Origin: Candidatus Poriferihabitaceae bacterium
GTDB lineage: Bacteria > Pseudomonadota > Gammaproteobacteria > Arenicellales > Poriferihabitantaceae
Assembly (NCBI GenBank): GCA_965203265.1
Contig: CBDBBV010000002.1
Location: forward strand, 1,810,773-1,874,772
Length of the DNA stretch: 64,000 nt
Reading direction: 5' to 3'
The translations under genes and the position numbers were made by a program. Below, one piece after another: positions 1-10,450 of the stretch (position 1 is the first letter of the stretch; the number at the start of each line of letters is the position of its first letter). The notes below the pieces were generated by a model. That model was not told the origin of the DNA. It was given only the letters and a program-made list of their open reading frames with translations, and ran no database searches.

Positions 1-513
1 GTTGATTCGGCGCGGCGCGGTTTCCACATCGATGCCCACCTGCCGATTCCAAGCGAAGGCGTACAGCGCTTGGTCGCCCGATAGTGTGTAGTTGAAGCAG
101 AGTTGGCCGGCGGCTGAGCGGTTGCCCAGAGCGGGCTTGCCGCCGACTCCGTTGGTGATCGCGAGCTGGTCGTTGGCGATGCCGCTGTAGGCGGACAGCA
201 GTAGTCTCATGCCGATTCGCCCGCCGAGATACATCGCCCGCCGCCGCGGATCCTGATGCAGATCGCCGCGGCGCAATTCCGCCGCAGTCAAGCAGGTTGC
301 GCCGACCTGCAAGCGCAACGGCGCGAGGTGCACAGCCCACAGGTGGATTTGGTTCGGCGACAATTTCGGCGCCGCCTCCTTGAGGGAACGCGGCGTCCAG
401 CGGGGGGCGACAGCGGCTACTCCGCCTAAGCCGCCTAAGTCGCCGAAGTCGTCGATTTCGCTGATTCCACCGGCGCTCTCGGCGGGCGGACGCACCGCCG
501 CGTGGCGTGTCAT
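1..513 (-). CDS. 4'-phosphopantetheinyl transferase (Sfp/EntD type), 3' end cut by window edge
   Basis: Manual minus-strand translation from ATG 513..511 gives MTRHAAVRPPAESAGG...NQIHLWAVHLAPL...LTAAELRRGDLHQDPRRRAMYLGGRIGMRLLLSAY...GKPAL...FNYTLSGDQALYAFAWNRQVGIDVE. The R-x-LLS, GKP and G-I-D-x-E blocks are PPTase hallmarks. The ORF runs off the window, so it is absent from the ORF track. Confidence 0.75.
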   Translation of the reverse strand, partial: MTRHAAVRPPAESAGGISEIDDFGDLGGLGGVAAVAPRWTPRSLKEAAPKLSPNQIHLWAVHLAPLRLQVGATCLTAAELRRGDLHQDPRRRAMYLGGRIGMRLLLSAYSGIANDQLAITNGVGGKPALGNRSAAGQLCFNYTLSGDQALYAFAWNRQVGIDVETAPRRIN

Positions 514-740
514 CCGCCGAAACCGGGACGGAAGTTGTTGATTCGCAACAACGCGGTTTCCTCGGCGGCGGCATCCAAGCCGAGACGCTTCTTTTCCAGA
601 ATGCGGTGTTGCAGCCCCTGCCGGTCGAACAGGTAGGTCGCGCTTCCCTGATGCAATTCCACCACGAAACCCTCCCCCGGCAGATTGTATATGCCGCCGA
701 GTTCGGTCTTTTCGCTGAGATCTACGGTGATCGCGGGCAT
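510..740 (-). CDS. hypothetical 76-aa protein ending in Gly-Gly
   Basis: ORF track, 76 aa. Its stop overlaps the PPTase ATG (ATGA), and the composition looks coding. No family recognised. Confidence 0.45.
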   Translation of the reverse strand: MPAITVDLSEKTELGGIYNLPGEGFVVELHQGSATYLFDRQGLQHRILEKKRLGLDAAAEETALLRINNFRPGFGG

Positions 741-870
741 AGTTTCTTCGGATGAATTCGGGTGCGCGGGGGTTTTGAGGGACGCGAATTATAATCCATC
801 TGCGACGCCTTCCGAATTGGCAATTTGCTAGAATGCCGCCGACATCGACCGACCGCAACCGAGACAGAAC

Positions 871-1521
871 ATGGATTACGAAACCGCGCGCGCCAACATG
901 ATCGAGCAGCAAATTCGCCCGTGGAATGTGCTGGCGACGCAGACTCTGGACGCCCTCAAGCGCATTCGCCGGGAGGATTTCGTGCCCGCCGAATGCCGCC
1001 ATCTGGCGTTCGCCGATGTGCAAATCCCGCTTGGCGGCGGCGAGGTCATGCTGGAACCCAAGGTGGGCGCACGCATGATGGAATCCCTGCAACTCGGCGG
1101 CGACGATGCGGCGCTGGTGGTCGGCGCCGGTAGCGGCTATCTGGTCGCCCTGCTGGCGTCGGTGTGTTCACAGGTTACCGCCGTGGAAATCGATGCGCGA
1201 CTGCTGGCGCAAGCGCGCCGCAATCTGGATCGCGCCGCCATCGATAATGCTACGCTGGAAGATGGCGATGCCCACGCCGGCTGGGGCGATGCAGGGCAAT
1301 TCGACGCCATTCTCATCAGCGGCTCGCTACCGCAGATCACCGCTGCGTGGTTCGCCGCGCTCGCCGAGGGTGGCCGTCTGGTCGGCATCGAGGGGAATCT
1401 GCCGGCTATGGAGGTGGTGTGCTACCGCAAAACCGGTGGCAGCATCGCGCGCCAATCGCTGTTTGAAACCGCGGCGCCGCGCTTGCGCAACGTCGTGGAA
1501 AAAATCGAGTTCCAATTCTGA
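871..1521 (+). CDS. protein-L-isoaspartate O-methyltransferase family protein
   Basis: ORF track, 216 aa. It has a SAM-binding block (VVGAGSGYLVALLA). A Pcm-like gene immediately upstream of tolC is a common gammaproteobacterial arrangement. Confidence 0.7.
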   Translation: MDYETARANMIEQQIRPWNVLATQTLDALKRIRREDFVPAECRHLAFADVQIPLGGGEVMLEPKVGARMMESLQLGGDDAALVVGAGSGYLVALLASVCSQVTAVEIDARLLAQARRNLDRAAIDNATLEDGDAHAGWGDAGQFDAILISGSLPQITAAWFAALAEGGRLVGIEGNLPAMEVVCYRKTGGSIARQSLFETAAPRLRNVVEKIEFQF

Positions 1522-1533
1522 GTTCCATTTCCG

Positions 1534-2853
1534 ATGAAAACAACGCAACCCAATTCACTTCGCCGCCTGACCATCGCCACCGTCCTGCTGACACTGACGC
1601 TGGCAGCGCCCAGCGTCGGTCGCGGCGACGATCTGTGGGACATCTACCAAATCGCGCTGGAGCACGACGCCACCTACCGCGCCGCCAGCCACGAATACGA
1701 AGGCGCCAAACTGCGCCTGCCGTTGGCCAAAGCCGCGCTCAACCCGTCCCTCGCCTTGACCGGCTCGGCCGGCTGGGCACGCAGCGACTCCACCGGCAGT
1801 TCGGTTACCGACGACGAAAGTCAGCTCGACCTGAACGCGACCCTGCCGCTCTACGATCCCACCCTGAGAAGGGAAGTCGATCAGGCCGAATTCGAGGTGG
1901 AGCGCGCTCGCGTCCAATTCGAGCAATCTCGCAACGAACTCATCCTGCGAGTGGCCGATCGCTATTTTCAGCTGCTAGCGGCGCGCGCCAACGCGGATGT
2001 GGCGCGGCGGCAGAAAGTAGCCATTCAACGGCAGCTGGATCTCGCCTCGGAACGCCTCAACGTCGGCTTGGGCACTCGCACCGATCTGTACGACGCCGAG
2101 GCGCGCTTACAGCAGGCGGTCGCCGACGAGATTCAAGCGAACAACGCCATCGACAATGCGGTACAGGCGCTCAAACAGGTCATCGGCACCACCCCCGAGG
2201 CGTTGACGCCCCTCGACAAGGATGCGCCGTTGCAACCGCCCGTTCCGAACTCGGCGGAGGTCTGGGTCGAACGAGCGCTCACCCACAATCTGGCGTTGCG
2301 GGCGGCCGACTTCGATCTGCAAATCGCCGACGCCGAAATCGAAAAACAAAATGCCGCGCGCTGGCCCACCATCGGCCTGAGCGCCAACCAACGGCGGCGA
2401 AACAGCACCGACGGGGTAGTCAATTCCACCACCTTCGGCGCGACCTTGAACTGGCCGCTGCGTTTGGACAAGGCAATACAGCTCAAAACCAAGCAAGCCG
2501 CATTGCAATACAACGCCGCCGAGCAATCCAGAGAATCTCTCAAACGGCAGGTGGAAGCCGACACCATCTCGGCCTACCTAGCGGTGGTCAGCGGCATCAG
2601 TCAGGTAACCGCCCTATCCGAGGCGGTACGCGCGGGCGCCAACGCGGTGCAGGCAAAGGACGAAGGCTTTCGCGCCGGCCTGACCACCAATCTGGATGTA
2701 CTCGACGCCCAACGGGATCTGGCGAGATCACGCACGGATTATCTGAGCGCGCGCTATGCCTTTATTTTGTCGGTGCTGCGTTTGGAGCAGGCGGTGGGGG
2801 ATTTGGATGAGGGGGATGTGAAGCGGGTCAATGGTTGGTTGGTGGAGAAATAA
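1534..2853 (+). CDS. tolC: TolC-family outer membrane efflux channel
   Basis: 439 aa with a signal peptide (LTIATVLLTLTLAAPSVG). The mature N-terminus DLWDIYQIALEHDATYRAA is typical of TolC, and the protein shows the two-repeat OEP architecture. Confidence 0.85.
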   Translation: MKTTQPNSLRRLTIATVLLTLTLAAPSVGRGDDLWDIYQIALEHDATYRAASHEYEGAKLRLPLAKAALNPSLALTGSAGWARSDSTGSSVTDDESQLDLNATLPLYDPTLRREVDQAEFEVERARVQFEQSRNELILRVADRYFQLLAARANADVARRQKVAIQRQLDLASERLNVGLGTRTDLYDAEARLQQAVADEIQANNAIDNAVQALKQVIGTTPEALTPLDKDAPLQPPVPNSAEVWVERALTHNLALRAADFDLQIADAEIEKQNAARWPTIGLSANQRRRNSTDGVVNSTTFGATLNWPLRLDKAIQLKTKQAALQYNAAEQSRESLKRQVEADTISAYLAVVSGISQVTALSEAVRAGANAVQAKDEGFRAGLTTNLDVLDAQRDLARSRTDYLSARYAFILSVLRLEQAVGDLDEGDVKRVNGWLVEK

Positions 2854-2882
2854 TCCGCCAAATCGATTTTCCGAACCACACC

Positions 2883-3254
2883 ATGGCCGCCATACCCGAT
2901 TTTACCAATGCCGAAATCGCCGCCGTGCGCGGGATGTTGGTTCAGTGTTGCCGTCGGGATGTGTTGATTCATCTTGCCGATGGCGAATTTTCCCTTGAAG
3001 ACGATGGCGCGGTCGGCTGCCCGACTGTGTATTGGAATGAGCGGGGCGCCAATTTCATCGTCTTCAAATGTGCGGCGGATCGCTACCGCGCGCGGTTTTT
3101 CTATACGCCGCACGAGCACTTCGGCAGTGGAATCGGCGAGTGCGACGATCCCGGCGAATGCGTGCGCGCGGTGCTGCAGGCCCAAGCGGAGCATGAGCGC
3201 GCGAGCGAGCGGGACGCCGAATCGCGGCGGGTGACTGCCCGAACCCATCCATGA
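2883..3254 (+). CDS. hypothetical protein
   Basis: This is the in-frame ATG (MAAIPDFTNAEIAAVRG...) inside track ORF 2835..3254. It lies between tolC and pfp on the same strand. No family recognised. Confidence 0.45.
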   Translation: MAAIPDFTNAEIAAVRGMLVQCCRRDVLIHLADGEFSLEDDGAVGCPTVYWNERGANFIVFKCAADRYRARFFYTPHEHFGSGIGECDDPGECVRAVLQAQAEHERASERDAESRRVTARTHP

Positions 3255-4516
3255 GCGGCAAGCGAAACGCCTTCTACGCCCAGTCCGGCGGCGTTACCTC
3301 GGTGATCAACGCCAGCGCCGCCGGAGTGATCGAAACGGCGCGGCGGCATCGGCGGCGCATCGGCGCACTCTACGCCGGGCGAGACGGCATCATCGGCGCC
3401 CTCACCGAGAGCTTGATCGACACCACCCAAGAAAGCACCGCGACCATCCGCAAACTGCGCCATACACCGGCCGGCGCCTTCGGCTCGTGCCGCTACAAGT
3501 TGCGCAGTTTGGAGGACAGTCGGCGCGAGTACGAGCGCCTGATCGAGGTGTTTTCGGCGCACGACATCGGCTATTTCCTGTACAACGGCGGCGGCGACTC
3601 GGCGGACACCTGCCTCAAGATCTCCCAACTGTCGCGCAGCATGGGCTACCCGCTGCAGGCGATTCACATCCCCAAGACCGTGGATAACGATCTGGCGGTA
3701 ACCGACAATTGTCCCGGATTCGGCTCGGTGGCGAAGTACATCGCCGTTTCCACTCGGGAGGCCAGTTTCGATGTGGCTTCCATGGCGCGCACTTCCACTC
3801 GGGTGTTCGTGCTCGAGGTCATGGGCCGCCACGCCGGATGGATCGCGGCGGCGGGCGCCATGGCGTCGGACGATCTCGTCAAGATTCCGGTGATCGTGTT
3901 GTTCCCTGAGATTCCGTTCGATCGCGCAAAATTTCTGGCGGAGGTGGAGCGCAAGGTGCAAACCCACGGCTATGTCTCGGTGGTGGTGTCCGAAGGGGTG
4001 CGCCACGCGGACGGCGGCTTCCTCTCCGAGCAGGGCTTGGTGGACGCCTTCGGCCACGCCCAGCTGGGCGGAGCGGCGCCGGTGGTGGCGCAGATGGTGA
4101 AGGCGGATCTGGGCTACAAGTATCACTGGGCGGTGGCGGATTATCTACAAAGATCGGCGCGGCATATCGCCTCGGCAACCGATGTGGAGCAGGCATTCGC
4201 GGTCGGGCAAGCGGCGGTGGAAATGGCCCTGGCCGGCGACAATGCGGTGATGCCGGCCATCGTGCGCGTGGGCAATCGCCCGTATCGCTGGAAGATCGCC
4301 GCCGCCGATCTGGCGGAGGTGGCCAATGTGGAGAAAAAGATGCCGCGCGATTTCATCAGCCAAGATGGTTTCGGCATCACCCGAAAATGCCGGGCGTATC
4401 TCGCGCCGCTCATGGCGGGCGAGGATTATCCGCCGTATCGCAATGGGCTGCCGGATTATGCGCGGTTGAAGAATGTGCCGGTGGTTAGGAAACTTGAGAC
4501 GGAGTTTGCGTTGTGA
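3251..4516 (+). CDS. pfp: 6-phosphofructokinase, probably pyrophosphate-dependent
   Basis: 421 aa with PFK motifs FYAQSGGVTSVINAS and PKTVDNDL. GGGDSADT has Asp where ATP-dependent PFKs have Gly (GGDGS). A membrane pyrophosphatase gene lies nearby. Confidence 0.8.
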   Translation: MSGKRNAFYAQSGGVTSVINASAAGVIETARRHRRRIGALYAGRDGIIGALTESLIDTTQESTATIRKLRHTPAGAFGSCRYKLRSLEDSRREYERLIEVFSAHDIGYFLYNGGGDSADTCLKISQLSRSMGYPLQAIHIPKTVDNDLAVTDNCPGFGSVAKYIAVSTREASFDVASMARTSTRVFVLEVMGRHAGWIAAAGAMASDDLVKIPVIVLFPEIPFDRAKFLAEVERKVQTHGYVSVVVSEGVRHADGGFLSEQGLVDAFGHAQLGGAAPVVAQMVKADLGYKYHWAVADYLQRSARHIASATDVEQAFAVGQAAVEMALAGDNAVMPAIVRVGNRPYRWKIAAADLAEVANVEKKMPRDFISQDGFGITRKCRAYLAPLMAGEDYPPYRNGLPDYARLKNVPVVRKLETEFAL

Positions 4517-4701
4517 CTTTGCAGCGGGCACGGGAATTGTTGAAGGTGCAGGTGGGTTTTGGCGGGGGGTATAACCGTCAGTCGGCCAAGTTGATACTCG
4601 ACGAGGTGGCACGCGAGCATGGGCGGGGGGCGGCGGATGAGTTGATTTTGGAGTTGGGGTTGGATGGGGTTTTTGGGTTTGAGGTTGGGGAGGGGGGTTG
4701 A
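4513..4701 (+). CDS. hypothetical small protein (62 aa)
   Basis: The GTG start overlaps the pfp stop. The N-terminal two thirds look like ordinary protein, but the C-terminus (GLDGVFGFEVGEGG) is encoded by the G-run tract, so the true end is uncertain. Confidence 0.35.
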   Translation: MTLQRARELLKVQVGFGGGYNRQSAKLILDEVAREHGRGAADELILELGLDGVFGFEVGEGG

Positions 4702-4704
4702 GGG
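4656..4704 (+). other. G-run tract (C-rich on the minus-strand transcript) at the left border of AT-rich patch 1
   Basis: G runs of 3-6 nt lie at 4656-59, 4666-69, 4675-77, 4687-90, 4692-97 and 4702-04. The tract sits directly downstream (minus sense) of the stop of the 4709..6058 gene. Confidence 0.6.
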
Positions 4705-4708
4705 TGGT

Positions 4709-6058
4709 TTAAGAAAGTTCTTTGACTTTCTGCAAAAAAGATTCTATCGCTTTTATTGTTTCCTGCACGATTTGTCTTCCAAGTTCTTTCCCCTGTTTTT
4801 CATCTGTCAGTTGTTGTACAAAATTTTCATCTTCATAGCGGAAATCATTATATTTGCAGCTCCCAAAATCTTTTGTGAGCAACCAGTACTTATTTTTACC
4901 CATACCTTCAATTTCGAGCGATACTTTACGATATTTCTGGTAAGGCTTATCCAAATCATCATATTTATCAATCCATTTTCTATTATCGGCACTCAGTTTA
5001 CTTCCATAACCATAACCACAATCATATTCTTCCTCTTCTTTTCTTATTTCTTTTCCCTCGAGAAGGGAAAAATTTAGCTGCACAGTCTGACACTCATTTT
5101 TGAAAAGTATTAACACAATAACATTTATTCCATCTCCAGCAAGAATTTTCCAACCAATTATCGACTCTTCCTTCTCGTTCCAATTTTCATACCGAACCCC
5201 AACATACTGTTTGAAAAAATCTCCATTTTCCTTAACTGCTTCACGGATATAGTTCGATAATCGATTCTTCAATTCTTTTTGAAAAAACTCAATGAAATTC
5301 TCCAAACAGGGAACCAGTTTGAAGTTTCCGTTCTTGAAAAAAGGATTGTTTTTCATAGAAAATTCCTCCAAATGAGTTAGATAAGTCTGACCAGTAAGTT
5401 TTTTCAGTAACGATTGATACTGAAACAAAATTCCCTTGATATGTGAAATGTCTGCTTCTTCTTTCTCCTTCATGCATATCGCTAACCATTTGATAATATG
5501 ATCCTTGTATGAAACCCGTAAAACTTTTTCCTTTTCAAGCCCTTCTCCAAGCATATATTCACTCGGCTCTCGTCCATCAAGCGTAAGATAAATTATCGCT
5601 ATATTTTCATCTTTATAGTTCTTTTTGGCATAGGAATAATATTTTCCAATCTGCCGTTCTTGTTCCCTTGCACCTATTTTGTTCTCAATCACAACGAATT
5701 TGTCAGCGTTTTTAATCAAAATATCTATAAACCCATCACCTGTATACGACTCTTTGGTTACTCTGAACTTAGCAAGTTCGGTTTCAGAAAATTCCCAAGT
5801 GAATTGACTCGCGTGGGTTCTCTGCAACCTCTCGAAAAATAGCCGCAAGAAAACCGTGCCTTGGATATGCGATCCATCTGGGTTCAACAAATCGGTCAAC
5901 AGGGCCGAATGCGTTTTCTCTTCATCTCTCTCCCTATCCAAAATCGAAAATATATTGAAATGCTCGCCCGTATCCCGCGCACATTCACCATATTTTTCCT
6001 TGATCAACCTGAATTGATCAAGGAAGCCTTCCAGATCACCTGTCTGTTGAATTTCCAT
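4709..6058 (-). CDS. PD-(D/E)XK nuclease family protein, paralog B, with an uncharacterised C-terminal half
   Basis: 449 aa and AT-rich. It carries the N-terminal block FNIFSIL...HSALLTDLLNP.GSH.QG and the catalytic D...ExK signature GFIDILIKNADKFVVIENK followed by QERQIGKYY. It resembles the family I recall as Pfam PDDEXK_4 (unverified). Confidence 0.75.
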   Translation of the reverse strand: MEIQQTGDLEGFLDQFRLIKEKYGECARDTGEHFNIFSILDRERDEEKTHSALLTDLLNPDGSHIQGTVFLRLFFERLQRTHASQFTWEFSETELAKFRVTKESYTGDGFIDILIKNADKFVVIENKIGAREQERQIGKYYSYAKKNYKDENIAIIYLTLDGREPSEYMLGEGLEKEKVLRVSYKDHIIKWLAICMKEKEEADISHIKGILFQYQSLLKKLTGQTYLTHLEEFSMKNNPFFKNGNFKLVPCLENFIEFFQKELKNRLSNYIREAVKENGDFFKQYVGVRYENWNEKEESIIGWKILAGDGINVIVLILFKNECQTVQLNFSLLEGKEIRKEEEEYDCGYGYGSKLSADNRKWIDKYDDLDKPYQKYRKVSLEIEGMGKNKYWLLTKDFGSCKYNDFRYEDENFVQQLTDEKQGKELGRQIVQETIKAIESFLQKVKELS

Positions 6059-6112
6059 CGCTACTACTCACATCAATGTCCGCCATTCGTTCGGAAACAC
6101 ATTTCGTGGCTA

Positions 6113-7384
6113 TTATTGGACTTGTTCCAGAAATGATTTTATCGATCTTGTTACTGTGGCAACGATTTCTTTCCCAAACTTCCTTCCCCTCTCTGCATTT
6201 TGCAATTTTCCTGCTTCATACTCCCAATTACGCGAGCTCATTGTGGCCCCTCTAACCGAATCATTTTTCATGCCTTCAACGTTAAGTGCCGCCTTAAGAT
6301 ATTTCTGGCAAGTTGCATTTGGGTACTTATCCATGCGGTGTCCCGATATATTACCATCATCTGTCTCGATATTGTCTCCCTCATAAAGGTAAAGAGAAAA
6401 ATAACATTTATCCTTCCAATGATCCAACAAGGCAATCACATTTACACCATCGCTATAATCAATTTTCCATCTCCCCAATACTTCATTATCCTTCCATTTC
6501 TTCAATTCTTCTTTAGTACTTCTTACTTTAATTTTCACGTATTTGTTGAAAAAATCTCTCTCATTTTCCGAATCGATCGCTTCGCGAATATATTGCCAAC
6601 ACCGAGTGGGCAATTCCTTCTTGAAAGATGCGATAGATTTCTCCAAAGCACCAACCAATTTATGGTTGTCGTTCTTGAAAAAAAGATCGTTGGTTTCCAT
6701 AATAAATTCCTCACGATAAGTTTGGTCGGTAAGTGCTTTCAGTAACGATTGATACTGAAACAAGGTTTCTCTGATATGTGGAATGCGCACCACTTCTTTC
6801 AAACAGCCATCCAACCACTTGATAATATGATCTCGATATGAAACCCGCAAAACTTCGTCTTCTCCAAGTTTTGTGCCGCGGGTATATTCACTGGCTTCAT
6901 CCCCCTCAAGCGTGAGGTAGATTACCACTATATTCTCATCCGCATAATTTTCTTTGGCATAATCATAATATCGACCAAGTTGCCGTTCCTGATCCCCCGC
7001 ATAAATCTTGTTCTCAATCACAACGCATTTGTCGTTTTTTTCGATGAGAATATCTATGCGCCCACCGCCCACATCGGCCTCTGCAATTACACTGAACTGA
7101 GCAAGTTCGATTTCGGACAATTCCCATTTGACTCGACTCTCGCAATCTTCCCGCAACATCTCGAAAAACAACCGCAAGAAAACCGTGCCCTGATCGTGCG
7201 ACCCTTTCGGATTCAACAAATCGGCAAGTAGCGCAGAATGCCGTATCTCCCTGCTCTCCATGCCCAAGATCGAAAACACATTGAAATTCTCACCCGTAAC
7301 CCGCGCCACAGCATCATATTTTTCCTTGATCAACCTGAATTGACGAAGGAAATTTTCCATCTTTTCAACCTGTTCGATTTCCAT
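6113..7384 (-). CDS. PD-(D/E)XK nuclease family protein, paralog A, with an uncharacterised C-terminal half
   Basis: Start taken at MEIEQVEKMENFLRQF (ATG 7384) inside track ORF 6113..7468. It has the same motifs as paralog B (FNVFSIL, RIDILIEKNDKCVVIENK, QERQLGRYY). The ATG lies 7 nt after the methyltransferase stop. Confidence 0.75.
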   Translation of the reverse strand: MEIEQVEKMENFLRQFRLIKEKYDAVARVTGENFNVFSILGMESREIRHSALLADLLNPKGSHDQGTVFLRLFFEMLREDCESRVKWELSEIELAQFSVIAEADVGGGRIDILIEKNDKCVVIENKIYAGDQERQLGRYYDYAKENYADENIVVIYLTLEGDEASEYTRGTKLGEDEVLRVSYRDHIIKWLDGCLKEVVRIPHIRETLFQYQSLLKALTDQTYREEFIMETNDLFFKNDNHKLVGALEKSIASFKKELPTRCWQYIREAIDSENERDFFNKYVKIKVRSTKEELKKWKDNEVLGRWKIDYSDGVNVIALLDHWKDKCYFSLYLYEGDNIETDDGNISGHRMDKYPNATCQKYLKAALNVEGMKNDSVRGATMSSRNWEYEAGKLQNAERGRKFGKEIVATVTRSIKSFLEQVQ

Positions 7385-7391
7385 AGCAGTT

Positions 7392-8228
7392 CTACACTCC
7401 CAACAACGGCGCGGTCGGATCGTAAATAGGCTTGCCCATCGGTCGGGTGCGCAGCTCCCCCGCGTCAAGCGCCCGTACCCGCGCCCGGGCTATCTGCACA
7501 TATTCTTCCACGATATCGCAGCCATAGCCTCGTCGTCCATGCTTGAGTGCGGCGATCACCGCCGATCCCACACCCATATACGGATCGAAGACGGCATCAT
7601 CTTCGTCGGTCATCGAAAGGATCAGGCGTTCGACTAGTTCGACGGGGAACTGGCATGGGTGAATCGTCTTCTCCGGATGATTGTTTTTGACATTCGGAAA
7701 CTCCCACACATCACTCGGATTCTTTCCCTTGGGGTTGCCCGACAACTTCCCCGCATTCGGCCCCTTGAAATGTTTCTTGTTCGGGTATTTGGACGGTACC
7801 CGAATCGGATCCAGATGCCAGATGTAGTCGTTGCCCTTGGTCCACCAATTGATCGTCTCGTAGCGACCGGAAAGTCGCTTGGTGCAATGCAAGCCGTGTC
7901 CGAAATGCCAGATGATTCGATTGCGAAGTTTCAGCCCTTGGGCGCGGAACAATGGATACAACAGCGTATCGAGCGGCACGATCTCTCCGCTTTCAACATA
8001 GTTGCCGACCTGCCAGCAGAGCGAACCTCGACCGTGCAACAGGCGGGCGCATTCGCGAATAACCTGCTCCTGCGCCGCGAGATATTCGTCCAGAGTTGAT
8101 TTCCCTTCGTAGGATTTGCCGAGATTGTAGGGTGGGGAAGTAACGATCAGATTGAACATCCCATCGGGCAGACGCGCCATGAATGGCACATTGTCCGAAC
8201 AGGCGAGGACGACTCGCTCACGCATCAT
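7392..8228 (-). CDS. beta-class DNA amino-methyltransferase (SPPY type, probably N4-cytosine or N6-adenine)
   Basis: Start taken at MMRERVV (8228) inside track ORF 7392..8330. Motif IV is LIVTSPPYNLGK, motif X is IHPCQFPVELVERLI and motif I is VFDPYMGVGSA. This motif order and wording resemble the M.PvuII-like group. Confidence 0.85.
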   Translation of the reverse strand: MMRERVVLACSDNVPFMARLPDGMFNLIVTSPPYNLGKSYEGKSTLDEYLAAQEQVIRECARLLHGRGSLCWQVGNYVESGEIVPLDTLLYPLFRAQGLKLRNRIIWHFGHGLHCTKRLSGRYETINWWTKGNDYIWHLDPIRVPSKYPNKKHFKGPNAGKLSGNPKGKNPSDVWEFPNVKNNHPEKTIHPCQFPVELVERLILSMTDEDDAVFDPYMGVGSAVIAALKHGRRGYGCDIVEEYVQIARARVRALDAGELRTRPMGKPIYDPTAPLLGV

Positions 8229-8307
8229 GGTTCGGCATCGGCACAGCAACCGCCTCCCGCGCCGGCAGGATCCGCGTTGCCACTCCAGCGACAACGCCCC
8301 GCATCCC

Positions 8308-10320
<2,013 letters not shown>

Positions 10321-10450
10321 GGAATCTACTCCTGAGATAATTGGCGGGGAAAAATCGAAGGCGGCGGACTATAGCCCCGTTGCCGCCTCGTGGCAACAGG
10401 CAGGCGGTGATGAATCGATCCGGTTTCCTTGCCGCCGCCGCGCTCGGCGG

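Noticed and set aside
4702-8307. Integrase, transposase or att-type direct repeats flanking patch 1 (and integrase genes for patch 2)
   Set aside because: The whole of both patches is accounted for by the MTase and nuclease ORFs. I found no recombinase ORF and, for patch 1, no flanking direct repeat, so I do not call them genomic islands with a known mobility mechanism.
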